From Kiritimatiellia bacterium (lineage in GTDB: Bacteria > Verrucomicrobiota > Kiritimatiellia > RFP12 > UBA1067), in contig JBMNFY010000017.1 in the NCBI GenBank assembly GCA_050949565.1, forward strand, positions 800,001 to 864,000: a DNA stretch of 64,000 nucleotides. The letters run 5' to 3'. Below, piece by piece: positions 18,493 to 28,186 of the stretch. Below the pieces are notes generated by a model, which saw only the letters and a program-made list of their open reading frames with translations, ran no database searches and was not told where the DNA came from. Both the position numbers and the translations under genes were made by a program. How positions within the stretch are numbered: position 1 is the first letter of the stretch; the number at the start of each line of letters is the position of its first letter.

Positions 18493-19943
18493 AAAGGACT
18501 TTCCCCAAAAAATCGGGGGTAATTATATCTAAGTCCTTGAAAACAAAGGGGATGCGTCTCTGACGGGCGTGCCTGAAAGTGAAAAAGTGGTTTTCCTCCG
18601 CCGGTTCTGCCAAAATGGCGGTTCAACCAAAAACCAAAAACCGGAAAGGAAAACCGACGTGAATCATAGCGCAACGGCGTTCAAAGCGCGAGAGCAACTC
18701 AAGAATTTTTTGGGGGAACTTTCCCCCCGGTTTTCCAAGCCGCTCGGCAAGTTCGTGGGCGACATGGTCTACGGGATACAGGCGTCGCAGGACGTGAAGC
18801 TCAGCCGGATCGCCCGCGCGCTCGACGAGCCGATATCGATGAAGAAACTGGAGGACAGGCTGAGCCGGATGCTCGGGAGCGAGGGCATCGAGCAGGGGAT
18901 TTCCGACGCTGTCGCCCGTCTGGGCTCGCGTCACGTCCATCAGGACACGCTGATCGTCATCGACCCGACCGACATCCGTAAGCTGTACGCGAAGAAGATG
19001 GAATATCTCGCCCGCGTCCGGGACGGGAGCACGGGGGAGATCGGCAACGGATACAGCGCCTGCCTGGCGGTCGCCTGCGAGAGCGGCGGCCGCCGGATCA
19101 CGCCGTTGCACATGCGGCTGTGGTCGAGCGAGGCGGAGGGCTTCATCAGCCAGAACGACGAGGTGCTCGGCGTCATCGACCAGATCAGCTCCCGCGCGAA
19201 GAAGCGCGGCATCTACGTCATCGGCCGCGGAGGCGACGGAGACTGGCTGTTCGACGGCCTGGACCGGCGCAAACTGGACTACATCGTGCGCCTCGTGGGC
19301 AACCGCAACCTGCTCCACGGCCGGCGGACCGCGCTGGCCGAAGAACTGGCGGCATCCTGCCCCATGAAGCACATCGAGATCGTCACGAGGGAGACGGGGG
19401 ACGGGGTGAAAAGCTATAAGCTGGAGTTCGGCGCCATGACCGTCGCCCTGCCGCAGAGGCCCGACAAGCCCCTGCGCATGGTCGTGGTGAAGGGGTTCGG
19501 CGAGCGGCCGATGCTCCTGCTGACCACGCTGGCCGGGACGACGTCGCGCAAGTCCCTGTGGCAGGTCGTCGAGGGCTATCTGACGCGGTGGCGCGTCGAG
19601 GACGCGATCCGCTTCGTCAAGCAGAGCTACAACCTCGAGGACGTCCGGGTCCTGACGTACCGGCGCCTGAAAAACATGGTCGCTCTGCTGCTGGCCGTCA
19701 TCTACTTCAACTGCGTCTGGCTGGCCGGACGGCTGCGCTGCGAGATCCTGACGACCAACATCACCCACTCCGCCAAGCGCATCTACGGCGTGGCCGAGTT
19801 CCTCCACTACGCCGTCGCCGACGGCCTCGGGAGGCTCTTCACGCGCCACGGGAAATGGTACGGCTACAAGCCGCCAGACCCCGAATCAAACCCGCTCGGA
19901 CTGGTCTTTCTGGAATGACCAGATTTTTTGGGGAAACTCCTTG
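18493..19943 (+). mobile_element. IS4-family insertion sequence, copy 1 (~1451 bp)
   Basis: Terminal inverted repeats AAAGGACTTTCCCCAAAAAATC / GATTTTTTGGGGAAACTCCTTG. Near-identical copy at 40323-41773. Confidence 0.92.
18659..19918 (+). CDS. IS4-family DDE transposase (second catalytic Asp replaced by Gly)
   Basis: IVIDPTD, VIGRGG (DRG in copy 2) and the YREK-type signature YLTRWRVEDAIRFVKQ. GTG start after AAGGA. Confidence 0.88.
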   Translation: MNHSATAFKAREQLKNFLGELSPRFSKPLGKFVGDMVYGIQASQDVKLSRIARALDEPISMKKLEDRLSRMLGSEGIEQGISDAVARLGSRHVHQDTLIVIDPTDIRKLYAKKMEYLARVRDGSTGEIGNGYSACLAVACESGGRRITPLHMRLWSSEAEGFISQNDEVLGVIDQISSRAKKRGIYVIGRGGDGDWLFDGLDRRKLDYIVRLVGNRNLLHGRRTALAEELAASCPMKHIEIVTRETGDGVKSYKLEFGAMTVALPQRPDKPLRMVVVKGFGERPMLLLTTLAGTTSRKSLWQVVEGYLTRWRVEDAIRFVKQSYNLEDVRVLTYRRLKNMVALLLAVIYFNCVWLAGRLRCEILTTNITHSAKRIYGVAEFLHYAVADGLGRLFTRHGKWYGYKPPDPESNPLGLVFLE

Positions 19944-20608
19944 AAACCTGAACGGTTGACATCATGGTACTGCCCGCTTGTGATGGGAAAGATAGAAAGG
20001 TAGAAGTCCTCCGTTAACGTAACGAGATGCGGGATCTCCACATCAGACATACGTGAGCCCTCGCCCGGTGCAGACCCCATGCAGAACGTGGCATTCGCCG
20101 CCGGGACTTTTCGCATTACAAGGCGTGTGAGGCGATAAACGTCGTTTGCAAGCCCGCCCTCCGGCAAAGCCTCGGCCGAGGGATAGTAGCGGACAAGATC
20201 AGGCGAATCGCCGGCTTCCAAATCCACCACCATGTAATCCGGCGGACAGTTTGTCGCCCATGCTGTTACCACGGCGCGTATCTTTCCAGCATCGATGTAC
20301 CCGAGCGCCTCACCCGGCCTCCAGAAAATCGTCTGTGCACCGCTCTGACGCACCATGCGGTTAACGGCACCCCCCACGCGCGTCAGGTTGTGGTCGCCCA
20401 CGTGCACCCAAGGTCCCGCCGCCGTGTCGCCGGCATTCGTCTCCACGGCGAGCGTCACCACCGCTGGCGCGTTCGCAAGCGTGTATTGCACCGTTACCAT
20501 GGGAGCGTCGTTTACAGAAAGCATCACGCTTGCCGGATCGATGGACGGCACCGTCGCACACACGACGGTCGCCGCAAAAAAGGAAATTCCAAGAATGTTC
20601 GTTTTCAT
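19944..20608 (-). pseudogene. FGE-sulfatase (SUMF1)-domain secreted protein, truncated at the 3' end by the IS
   Basis: Paralog of 20623-21900 (RAVVTAWATN.PPDYMVVDL, EIPHLVTLT.D.YLS). The frame runs into the IS right end. Confidence 0.8.
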
Positions 20609-20622
20609 CGGCGTCTCCTCCT

Positions 20623-21900
20623 TCAACGTACAACAGCGTGATGCCACAGACGAATCACGTAGCGCTCATTTACCTGCGTCTCGCCCGCACCATTGCGGTA
20701 CGCGCTACGCATACCGTACTGGGGCATATTCACGGCACCGCCGCGTACAGCGCGCTTGTTGCTGACCGATGCCGACTTGACGCAACCGACGGGTTCGACC
20801 ACAGCAGAGCCGTCCGAGTAATTGGCATTCATCGAGAGCCAATCGAGGCAAAGTTCCCAGCCATTGCCGAGCATGTCGTAGAATCCCCACGCATTGGGCT
20901 CCAGTTGTCCCACGGCGTACGGTGTCATCCGGCCGTCCGGGTTGTTCTCCTGATACCAAGCGATCTTCGCAAGCCGGGTTTGATCCAGTTGGCCGCAGTA
21001 GGCCGGATAGTCGGTGCCTGCACGGCAGGCGAACTCCCAGCACGCTTCAGTGGCAAAATCGAACCAGTCTAACCCCGCATGACGGCGTAACTTATCGAAG
21101 AAGGTACCGCTCCCCACGGCGTGAGCCGTGGCGAAATCGCCCGTACTCGGCCAGCTCGTGTTGCCGCGGATCCCGTTCCAACTGATCGAGGTCTGCGGGA
21201 AAACCGCATCGACCGCAGACGGTTGCGTACCGCCCATGATGCGCCAGTACTGCTGTTTCGTCACTGTGAAGACGGAGAGGTAGTAGTCGTTCGTGAGCGT
21301 GACGAGATGCGGAATCTCATACGCGGCCGAATTCGGATCGTCCGATGCGAGACCGCCCATACGGAACATCGCACCCGCGCCGTGAACCTTGCGCATCACG
21401 AGGTGATCTGTACGGTAAAGGTCATTTGTGACATCCCCTTCGGGCAGTGCATCGGCCGTAACGTAGAAATTCACCGTGTTCGTCCTGGTGAGGTCCACCA
21501 CCATGTAGTCCGGCGGTGCATTCGTCGCCCATGCGGTCACCACAGCGCGTACACGTCCATCCGTGTATCTGCCGCCGGGCCAGGACACGTACGGCTTCCA
21601 AGTGATTGTCTGCGGCACGCCGACCTCGCGCACCACGCGATTCACCGCGCCTTCGGCAGTGCGGAAGTTCACAGCGCCGATCGACGCCCATGGCCCTTCT
21701 GCCGCGCCCGTCACGTTCGTTTGGATGTCGAGCGTCACCACCGCCGGCGCGTTGCGCAACGTGTATGTCACCGTCACGAGATGCGACACACTATCCTGAA
21801 CAAGCGTCACATCGTCCTGATCCACATGCGGAAGCGCAGCCCAAACGGACATCGCGCAAAAGGCCAGTGCCCAAACCGTTAATTTCTCGCGCATATCCAC
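20623..21900 (-). CDS. FGE-sulfatase (SUMF1)-domain secreted protein
   Basis: TEACWEFACRAG, PNAWGFYDMLGNGWELC and VRGG motifs; signal peptide. Confidence 0.88.
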   Translation of the reverse strand: MDMREKLTVWALAFCAMSVWAALPHVDQDDVTLVQDSVSHLVTVTYTLRNAPAVVTLDIQTNVTGAAEGPWASIGAVNFRTAEGAVNRVVREVGVPQTITWKPYVSWPGGRYTDGRVRAVVTAWATNAPPDYMVVDLTRTNTVNFYVTADALPEGDVTNDLYRTDHLVMRKVHGAGAMFRMGGLASDDPNSAAYEIPHLVTLTNDYYLSVFTVTKQQYWRIMGGTQPSAVDAVFPQTSISWNGIRGNTSWPSTGDFATAHAVGSGTFFDKLRRHAGLDWFDFATEACWEFACRAGTDYPAYCGQLDQTRLAKIAWYQENNPDGRMTPYAVGQLEPNAWGFYDMLGNGWELCLDWLSMNANYSDGSAVVEPVGCVKSASVSNKRAVRGGAVNMPQYGMRSAYRNGAGETQVNERYVIRLWHHAVVR

Positions 21901-21904
21901 CTCT

Positions 21905-22180
21905 TCAGCGTAGGAACAGGATTAGGCCCTGCGGCTTCTCGCGTGAGAAGACCTGCGGCACGTTTGATTCTTTCTCCGTGAAAACCCGCGCTTCCAATGC
22001 GTCCGTCGTCACGGTCGTCCCCGCAGACACGAGCCCGCCCACAAATGCGGTGGCCACTACGCCCGCGCCAGCACTTACAGGCGAACGCGTCGTATCACCC
22101 TCGAATTTCCACGGCAAGTCTGCGCCGCCCGCGATCAAAACGAGCGCCGTCGTCGCGGTAAACAGCACCTTTCGTTTCAT
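21905..22180 (-). CDS. Small secreted hypothetical protein ending PQGLILFLR
   Basis: AAAGGAG RBS, signal peptide MKRKVLFTATTALVLIAGG, tight spacing within the operon. Confidence 0.65.
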   Translation of the reverse strand: MKRKVLFTATTALVLIAGGADLPWKFEGDTTRSPVSAGAGVVATAFVGGLVSAGTTVTTDALEARVFTEKESNVPQVFSREKPQGLILFLR

Positions 22181-22208
22181 CGTCGCTCCTTTCGTAAGCT
22201 ACCGGTCG

Positions 22209-23372
22209 TCAGTCGAGTTTCATTCCGCACGCCATCAGCGTCGTCTTGCTGACTTCAATGTCGTGCTGGTAATAGTCTGGGTTCGGACGCTCGCCGCGGA
22301 CGATCTCCGCGAGTTCCTGGAGCTGGTCGGCGTAACGGTCTTTCTGCACGCCACAGTCGACCGTATGCCATCCCTTCTTATAGCCCGGAACGTCCTGATT
22401 GAGACGGAGCGAAAGCGTGGTCGGCTTACCGTCGAAGCGCTCAATCGGACATATCTCAATAGAGCCACGTGTGCCGTCGATCCGCAGGCGCCGACTGCCG
22501 CATGGTGCCTTGCTGCACGCCCGTATAAGTGCCATCCCGTTTTCCCACTCCAGGATACTTGCGCCATTCGTCTTCACACCCGGCTTGCTACCCGGTGCCG
22601 TAAGCAGGACCGGATGCGCGCGGTGCGGTGACTTGTCGCCCATCATCGGCAGGATGAAGTCCACAAGGTGACACCCGAGGTTGTACAAGAGACCACCCGC
22701 AAACGATCCGATATAGGGCTCGTACTGCGCACTGCCGTAGTTGTGGTTCATGTCCGCCTCGATAAAGTTGATTTCGCCGATCCATTTCTCACGCACGGCT
22801 TTCGTCGCAAAACGGATCGCCGGGTTGACACGGAACATGTACCCCATCTGAAGGGGAATCCCGCGCTCACGGCAGTAGTTCACCAGCGCGACATATCGGG
22901 GGTGCGACTGCCCTGTGGGCTTGTCCATGTGCATCGCGAGCCCATGCTTCGCGCACTCCCACGCGACATCCTGCAAGTCATCGTTCGTCACTTCTACGAA
23001 GACGCATTGTATGGACTTGTCCGCCCATATCTGCTCCGGCGTAATGCGCGGCACGCCGTCATAGCATGAGTAGTTCTTTGCTTCACGCGGCGTCTTCGAT
23101 GCGCGGTCATCCACAATGCCGACAAGTTCAAAGTGGTCCGGAAGCACCTTGAGCGACTGGAACTTCCCGTCCGCATGCTCGTGACACATCCCCCACTGTA
23201 CCACGCGAACCCGCTTTGTGCCCGGGAACGGTTTCCATTTCACGACCGGTGCCGTCTCCGCTTCCTTTTGCGCCAGGCACTGCGGTGCTACGGCGAACGC
23301 CGCTGCGGCCCCCATGAATTCGCGTCTGTTGCTGAGCAACGGCTTAGGCCGTATCGCAACCGCCGCAGACAT
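22209..23372 (-). CDS. Gfo/Idh/MocA oxidoreductase with Tat signal
   Basis: NRREFMGAAA twin-arginine motif, HMDKP, GYMFR.NP, GCHLVD. Start reassigned to MSAAV and uncertain. Confidence 0.85.
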   Translation of the reverse strand: MSAAVAIRPKPLLSNRREFMGAAAAFAVAPQCLAQKEAETAPVVKWKPFPGTKRVRVVQWGMCHEHADGKFQSLKVLPDHFELVGIVDDRASKTPREAKNYSCYDGVPRITPEQIWADKSIQCVFVEVTNDDLQDVAWECAKHGLAMHMDKPTGQSHPRYVALVNYCRERGIPLQMGYMFRVNPAIRFATKAVREKWIGEINFIEADMNHNYGSAQYEPYIGSFAGGLLYNLGCHLVDFILPMMGDKSPHRAHPVLLTAPGSKPGVKTNGASILEWENGMALIRACSKAPCGSRRLRIDGTRGSIEICPIERFDGKPTTLSLRLNQDVPGYKKGWHTVDCGVQKDRYADQLQELAEIVRGERPNPDYYQHDIEVSKTTLMACGMKLD

Positions 23373-23592
23373 CCCCTCATCACAACGGATACGGTCCCCG
23401 CCCGCATCCAGCCCGCCACACCGCCCGGTTCCATTCATCGGTAGATTCCTCCTATTGCCAAGTGTCCCGACTTGTCTTCTTCTAACGTCTCGGATTCTAG
23501 TACATCCCCCGTTGAAACACAAGCGGAACCCGAAATTGAAGAGTTGACTGGATACGCCGCGATTTGTGATGCTGTGCGCGGAGGAAAAAAGT

Positions 23593-24474
23593 ATGGCAAC
23601 AGTCTTCTCGCGGATCATGCTGGGAACGGTGCAGTTCGGTCTGGAGTACGGAATCGCGAATGTCGCGGGCAAACCCTCTTTCGACCGCGTCTGCGACATC
23701 GTCAAGACTGCCTTTGAGGGCGGCGTGACCGCGCTGGATACCGCCGCCGCGTATGGCACGAGCGAGGAGGTACTGGGCGCCGCATTGGAACGGCTGGGGC
23801 TGCGCGAGGCGATGGCCGTGGTCAGCAAGGTTCCGCCGATCCCGGATGGTACCGATGCGGAGGCGGAGCGCTTCATTGAACACTCCATTCGCGGCTCGCT
23901 GCAACGTCTGCGGCTCGACCAGTTGGCCGTCTGTTTGTTGCACCGCGAGGATGACCTGCGCCATCTGCCGCTTCTGGAGAAGATGGTTGAACGCGGTCTG
24001 ATAGCGGGTGCGGGGGTGTCGCTGGACAGCGACCGCTTTTTGACGGAGGCGGCGAACGTGCGCTACATCCAACTCCCTTACAATGTGCTTGATCGACGAT
24101 TCGACGCCTTCTGGTCGGTGGCGATACAAAAAAAGATTTATGTTTTCTCCAGAAGTGTCTACCTGCAAGGGTTACTGCTGATGCCGGAAGCACATATCCG
24201 TCCGAGTTTATCCGAGGTCATCCCGGTCCGGCGCGATCTGGAGACGGTGGCGCGTGAGGCCGGTTGCACGATGGCTGAACTCTGTATGCGCTATGCGCTC
24301 TCCAACCCGGCGGTCGCAAGCGTGTTGACCGGTGTGGACACACCGGAGCAGATGCGCGAGAACCTGCGCGTGGCCGCCTTGGGGCCGTTGCCTGCGGCAG
24401 TGCTCGATCGCATACGGGCATGCGTACCCGACTTGCCCGAGTCGCTCGTCCGTCCGGCGTTGTGGGGGCGATAA
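23593..24474 (+). CDS. Aldo/keto reductase
   Basis: LGTVQFG..YG, LDTAAAYG.SE, SL.RL, QLPYNVLDRR, RSVYLQGLL. Confidence 0.9.
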   Translation: MATVFSRIMLGTVQFGLEYGIANVAGKPSFDRVCDIVKTAFEGGVTALDTAAAYGTSEEVLGAALERLGLREAMAVVSKVPPIPDGTDAEAERFIEHSIRGSLQRLRLDQLAVCLLHREDDLRHLPLLEKMVERGLIAGAGVSLDSDRFLTEAANVRYIQLPYNVLDRRFDAFWSVAIQKKIYVFSRSVYLQGLLLMPEAHIRPSLSEVIPVRRDLETVAREAGCTMAELCMRYALSNPAVASVLTGVDTPEQMRENLRVAALGPLPAAVLDRIRACVPDLPESLVRPALWGR

Positions 24475-24477
24475 ACC

Positions 24478-25227
24478 TCACGCCCCGGGGATATGCCGCT
24501 TGCGGTATTTGAGCGGTGAAAGCCCCATCAGCCGGGTGAAGGTTCTGGAGAAGTGGCTCTGGTCATAAAATCCGACCTCACCGGCGATTTCGGTTATACT
24601 GCGATCGGTTTCCGTAAGCAACCGACAAGCCGCATTGATCCGCACCCGTATCAGATAGCGGCAGAGCGACGTGTTGAAGAAGCGATGGAAACGGCGGTTG
24701 AACTGGCGATGCGACAACCCAACCATGGCCGCAATCTTGCGCGTGTTGAGGGGCTCACTGTAGTGTTCATGGATGTACTGCACGGCTTTCGCAAACGGAC
24801 CGTATGACTGAGGCGTCACACGCGTTTCATCCACGGAGCGGTGAATACCCGCAACCCCGATGATCTTCCCCTGACGGTCTTTTAACGGGAACTTGCTGCC
24901 GATGATCAAACGGTTGGAGCCCTCTTCTTCCGGAGCGGGTGCGACGACGTTGATGGTGGGTATCCCCGTCCGCATAATCTGCCGGTCACGCGCGACGTAG
25001 AGATCCGCCCGGTCCTTCGGGAAGAAATCATAATCCGTTTTCCCGATGACCTGAAACTCCGACGCCGCACGGCAGATTTCATTGTGGCGCTGGTTCGACA
25101 TGACAAACCGGCTTTTGCTGTCCTTCACGTAAAAAGCAACATCCGGCAGAAGGTCCATCAATTGCTCAAAAACCTCGAACCCGCTGAGCCGATTTAAGAA
25201 GGCATGTTTAAATTTTTGCACATTCAT
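24478..25227 (-). CDS. PAS-domain AraC-family regulator
   Basis: FYVKD..SRF...N and GKTDYDFFP PAS motifs; AraC HTH GFYDQSHFSRTF. Confidence 0.9.
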   Translation of the reverse strand: MNVQKFKHAFLNRLSGFEVFEQLMDLLPDVAFYVKDSKSRFVMSNQRHNEICRAASEFQVIGKTDYDFFPKDRADLYVARDRQIMRTGIPTINVVAPAPEEEGSNRLIIGSKFPLKDRQGKIIGVAGIHRSVDETRVTPQSYGPFAKAVQYIHEHYSEPLNTRKIAAMVGLSHRQFNRRFHRFFNTSLCRYLIRVRINAACRLLTETDRSITEIAGEVGFYDQSHFSRTFTRLMGLSPLKYRKRHIPGA

Positions 25228-25324
25228 GGTAATAAAATACATAAAAATGGCCCCTGATTACAAGCCATGTCCATGCGATCCGGCCTACACTATAATCAAT
25301 CACACGAGAAAGGAGCCTCATCTC

Positions 25325-26566
25325 ATGAAGAAAACCGCAAACATTCACGATCCAAGTTTCAAGGACACTTTTTCAAGACGCACGTTCCTGTCGGGCGGCG
25401 CGGCAGCGTTTTCGGGCATGGTCGTGGCACCGCATCTGGTTCGCGGCGCTACGGCCAATGGCAAGATCGCCGTGGGGATGATCGGCTGCGGCGGACGCGG
25501 CGGCTGGATCGCCAACCATTTCAAGGCACACGGCGGATATGAGATCACGGCCTGCGCCGACTATTTTCAGGACAAGGTCGATGCGTTCGGCGAGAAACAC
25601 GGCATCGATGCGTCACGGCGGTTCACGGGGCTGAACGGATACAAGAAGCTGCTTGAGTGCGGGAACCTCGATGCCGTCATCATCAAGTCACCGCCCTGCT
25701 TCCACCCGCAGCAGATCGCCGACGCCGTGGATGCCGGCAAGCATGTCTACGCGGCCAAGCCTGTGGCTGTTGACGCGCCTGGATGCCGGACCGTTGCGGA
25801 GTCGGGCAAGCGAGCGACAAAGAACAAGCAGGTCGTTTTCGTGGATTTCCAACATCGCAACGATCCCTTCCTCCAAGAGACGGTGAAGCGGCTGCACGAG
25901 GGCGTGCTTGGGAAGATCACCTTCGGTGAGGCCTTCAATCATTCAGGCGAGTGCGGCGTGAAGCCCGGACCGGACACGCCCGAGACGCGCCTCAAAAACT
26001 GGCTGCTCTACAAAGCGTTGTCCGGCGACTACATGGTGGAGATCAATATCCACTCGGTTGACATGATGCACTGGATGATGCAGAAGCCACCTCTGAGCGC
26101 GATTGGGTCAGGCGGGCGCACGTCGAAAAGCCCGGTCGGTGACAACTGGGACTATCTCGGCGTTCTCTACCAGTACGCAAATGACGTGCCCGTGACTTTC
26201 ACGTCTAAGCGTTACAATGATGGCGCCGGCGAACAGGATAAGCATCAGATCGTTGAACTCTACGGCACCGACGGACGATTGCACACAAAATACGCCGGCA
26301 GGTGTATGATCCTCGGCAGGAATCCGTATAAGGGCGGTAAAACCACGACGCTTTACAGGGACGGCGCTGTCGCGAACATCGCCCTCTTCCATACGGCGGT
26401 CACCACGGGAGACTACAGTAACTCAACCGTCGAGTATGGCGTCGAGAGTAACCTGATCGCCATCATGGGGCGCACGGCTGGCTACGAGAAACGGCTGGTC
26501 ACATGGGACGAGATTCTCAAGTCGGACGACAGGATGGATCTGAAGTTGGACGGCCTTAAGGCCTGA
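25325..26566 (+). CDS. Gfo/Idh/MocA oxidoreductase with Tat signal
   Basis: SRRTFL, IGCGGRG, KHVYAAKPVA, HSVD. Confidence 0.9.
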   Translation: MKKTANIHDPSFKDTFSRRTFLSGGAAAFSGMVVAPHLVRGATANGKIAVGMIGCGGRGGWIANHFKAHGGYEITACADYFQDKVDAFGEKHGIDASRRFTGLNGYKKLLECGNLDAVIIKSPPCFHPQQIADAVDAGKHVYAAKPVAVDAPGCRTVAESGKRATKNKQVVFVDFQHRNDPFLQETVKRLHEGVLGKITFGEAFNHSGECGVKPGPDTPETRLKNWLLYKALSGDYMVEINIHSVDMMHWMMQKPPLSAIGSGGRTSKSPVGDNWDYLGVLYQYANDVPVTFTSKRYNDGAGEQDKHQIVELYGTDGRLHTKYAGRCMILGRNPYKGGKTTTLYRDGAVANIALFHTAVTTGDYSNSTVEYGVESNLIAIMGRTAGYEKRLVTWDEILKSDDRMDLKLDGLKA

Positions 26567-26567
26567 T

Positions 26568-27011
26568 GCGGGCGGAGCCCGCAACCCAAGTTAATTAGTT
26601 AATTAGTGCATGAGTGCATTAGTGCATTACGGCTCAACAAGCACAATAAAAAACGAGTTGTTTCTCGCACGAAGGCACAAAGGCACAAAGTTTTTGGGAG
26701 AGCGTTGCTCGGGTTTTTGGAACCACAGAGGCACGGAGGCACAGAGGTTTTTGGGAAGGCACTGCTCGGTTGTTTCGCGCGAAGACGCGAAGGTTGGAGG
26801 GCGAGTGTCCCCACGAGCCGCCTTTCGCTGCGCGGAAGGATGGGAGGGACGAGCGTCGCTCGTCCGCGGGCAAGCAGACGCTTGCCCCTCCCAGCGCTTC
26901 GCAAGCCGATGACAAGAGCTGGTGTCGGCATCTGGGTGGCACCAAAATGGGAAACCTTCGTGCCCTTTGTGCCTTTGTGTGAGGTTGAATTAGATTGCGG
27001 GCTCCGCCCGC
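26568..27011. repeat. Intergenic repeat mosaic bounded by a perfect 17-bp inverted repeat
   Basis: GCGGGCGGAGCCCGCAA (26568) and TTGCGGGCTCCGCCCGC (26995). The internal modules recur at ~34.8, 37.8, 47.0 and 50.6 kb. Confidence 0.75.
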
Positions 27012-27028
27012 GTTAGAGAGGAGAAACT

Positions 27029-28153
27029 ATGTCAGAACGTAAACTCAGAGTCGCCGTGGTCGGCTGCGGCATGATTGCCAACTCGGCTCATATCCCGGCT
27101 TGGTTGTCGCAACCCGGAGCGGAGATTGTCGGGGTCGTGGACAGGGATCTCGATCGCGCGAAGACGCTGGCCAACAAGCATGCGATTCCCGGCGTATTTG
27201 ACGACGTCGGCAACATGCTGAAGGAACTATCCCCCGATGTTGTGTCGGTCTGCACGCCGGCTGGCAGCCACAAAGAGCACGCCGAAGCGGCACTCCGCGC
27301 CGGTGCGCACGTCCTCTGCGAAAAGCCGCTGACGATTACCAGCCGGGATGCAGCCGACCTCTTTAAGGCGGCGCAAGAATCGGATCGGCACCTGCTGGTA
27401 GGACAGTCGATGCGCTTCTATAATCAAGTCGCCGCCGCGAAGGCGTTCGCCGCAGGCGGACAACTCGGCGACATCTACTGCGCCGACGTGGCGCGCATGC
27501 GTCGGCGCGGCATCCCGACCCATGGATCGTTCCACATCAAGGAACTGTCGGGTGGCGGCGTGCTCTATGACCTCGGCGTGCACATGCTGGACACCGTGCT
27601 CTGGGTCATGGGGAACCCCAAGGTCGTGGCGGTTTCCGGCGCGACGTACTCCAAAATCGGCCCGCGCAATGAAAACCTGATCACCTCATCGGTCGAGAGC
27701 GGTGCATTCGCCGGCGGCGTTTCGAGTGCGTCGTACGATGCCGCCACGTTCAATGTGGAGGATTTTGCGAGCGCGTTTCTGCGGCTCGATAACGGCGGCA
27801 CCATTCACCTCAAAGTCTGCTGGGCGGCGAACATCCCCGACAGTGCCGGCGGCGTGATGATTATGGGCACGGAGGGCGGACTGTCGTTTGACCCGCGCGT
27901 GCTGGATCTGCGCGTCATCAAAAACATGGGCCGGTACCAAGTTGATATCACGCCGAAAATCCTGCCCCCCGAGCCGAATCATCCTTTCTACGCGCACTGG
28001 CACATGATCGCGCATTTCGTCCGGGTGATTAAGGGCACGGAAGAAATCTGCGTGAAAAAAGAGGAGGCGCTGAACGTCATGCGCGCGCTGGAAGCGATCT
28101 ATCAGTCGGCCAAAGAGGGTTGCGAAATACGTCTGGATCAAGCAGACGGGTAA
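27029..28153 (+). CDS. Gfo/Idh/MocA oxidoreductase
   Basis: VVGCGMIA, HVLCEKP, GGVLYDLGVHMLD. Confidence 0.92.
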   Translation: MSERKLRVAVVGCGMIANSAHIPAWLSQPGAEIVGVVDRDLDRAKTLANKHAIPGVFDDVGNMLKELSPDVVSVCTPAGSHKEHAEAALRAGAHVLCEKPLTITSRDAADLFKAAQESDRHLLVGQSMRFYNQVAAAKAFAAGGQLGDIYCADVARMRRRGIPTHGSFHIKELSGGGVLYDLGVHMLDTVLWVMGNPKVVAVSGATYSKIGPRNENLITSSVESGAFAGGVSSASYDAATFNVEDFASAFLRLDNGGTIHLKVCWAANIPDSAGGVMIMGTEGGLSFDPRVLDLRVIKNMGRYQVDITPKILPPEPNHPFYAHWHMIAHFVRVIKGTEEICVKKEEALNVMRALEAIYQSAKEGCEIRLDQADG

Positions 28154-28186
28154 TGACAGGGTGAGGAAAGAACAAGGAGTTTTGAC

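Noticed and set aside
18623-19849. 408-aa antisense ORFs in both IS copies and other long shadow ORFs (e.g. 6557-8068, 30642-32033, 47534-49162, 50939-52285, 54196-55275)
   Set aside because: These are antisense open frames expected in high-GC coding DNA opposite well-supported genes, with no recognisable motifs.
19944-21900. Diversity-generating retroelement targeting the FGE-domain genes
   Set aside because: No reverse transcriptase and no template repeat differing only at adenines was seen in the window.
26599-27016. Small ORFs in the repeat mosaics (also 34586-35762, 46741-47283, 52497-52953)
   Set aside because: They are translations of recurring non-coding repeats and lack convincing start contexts.
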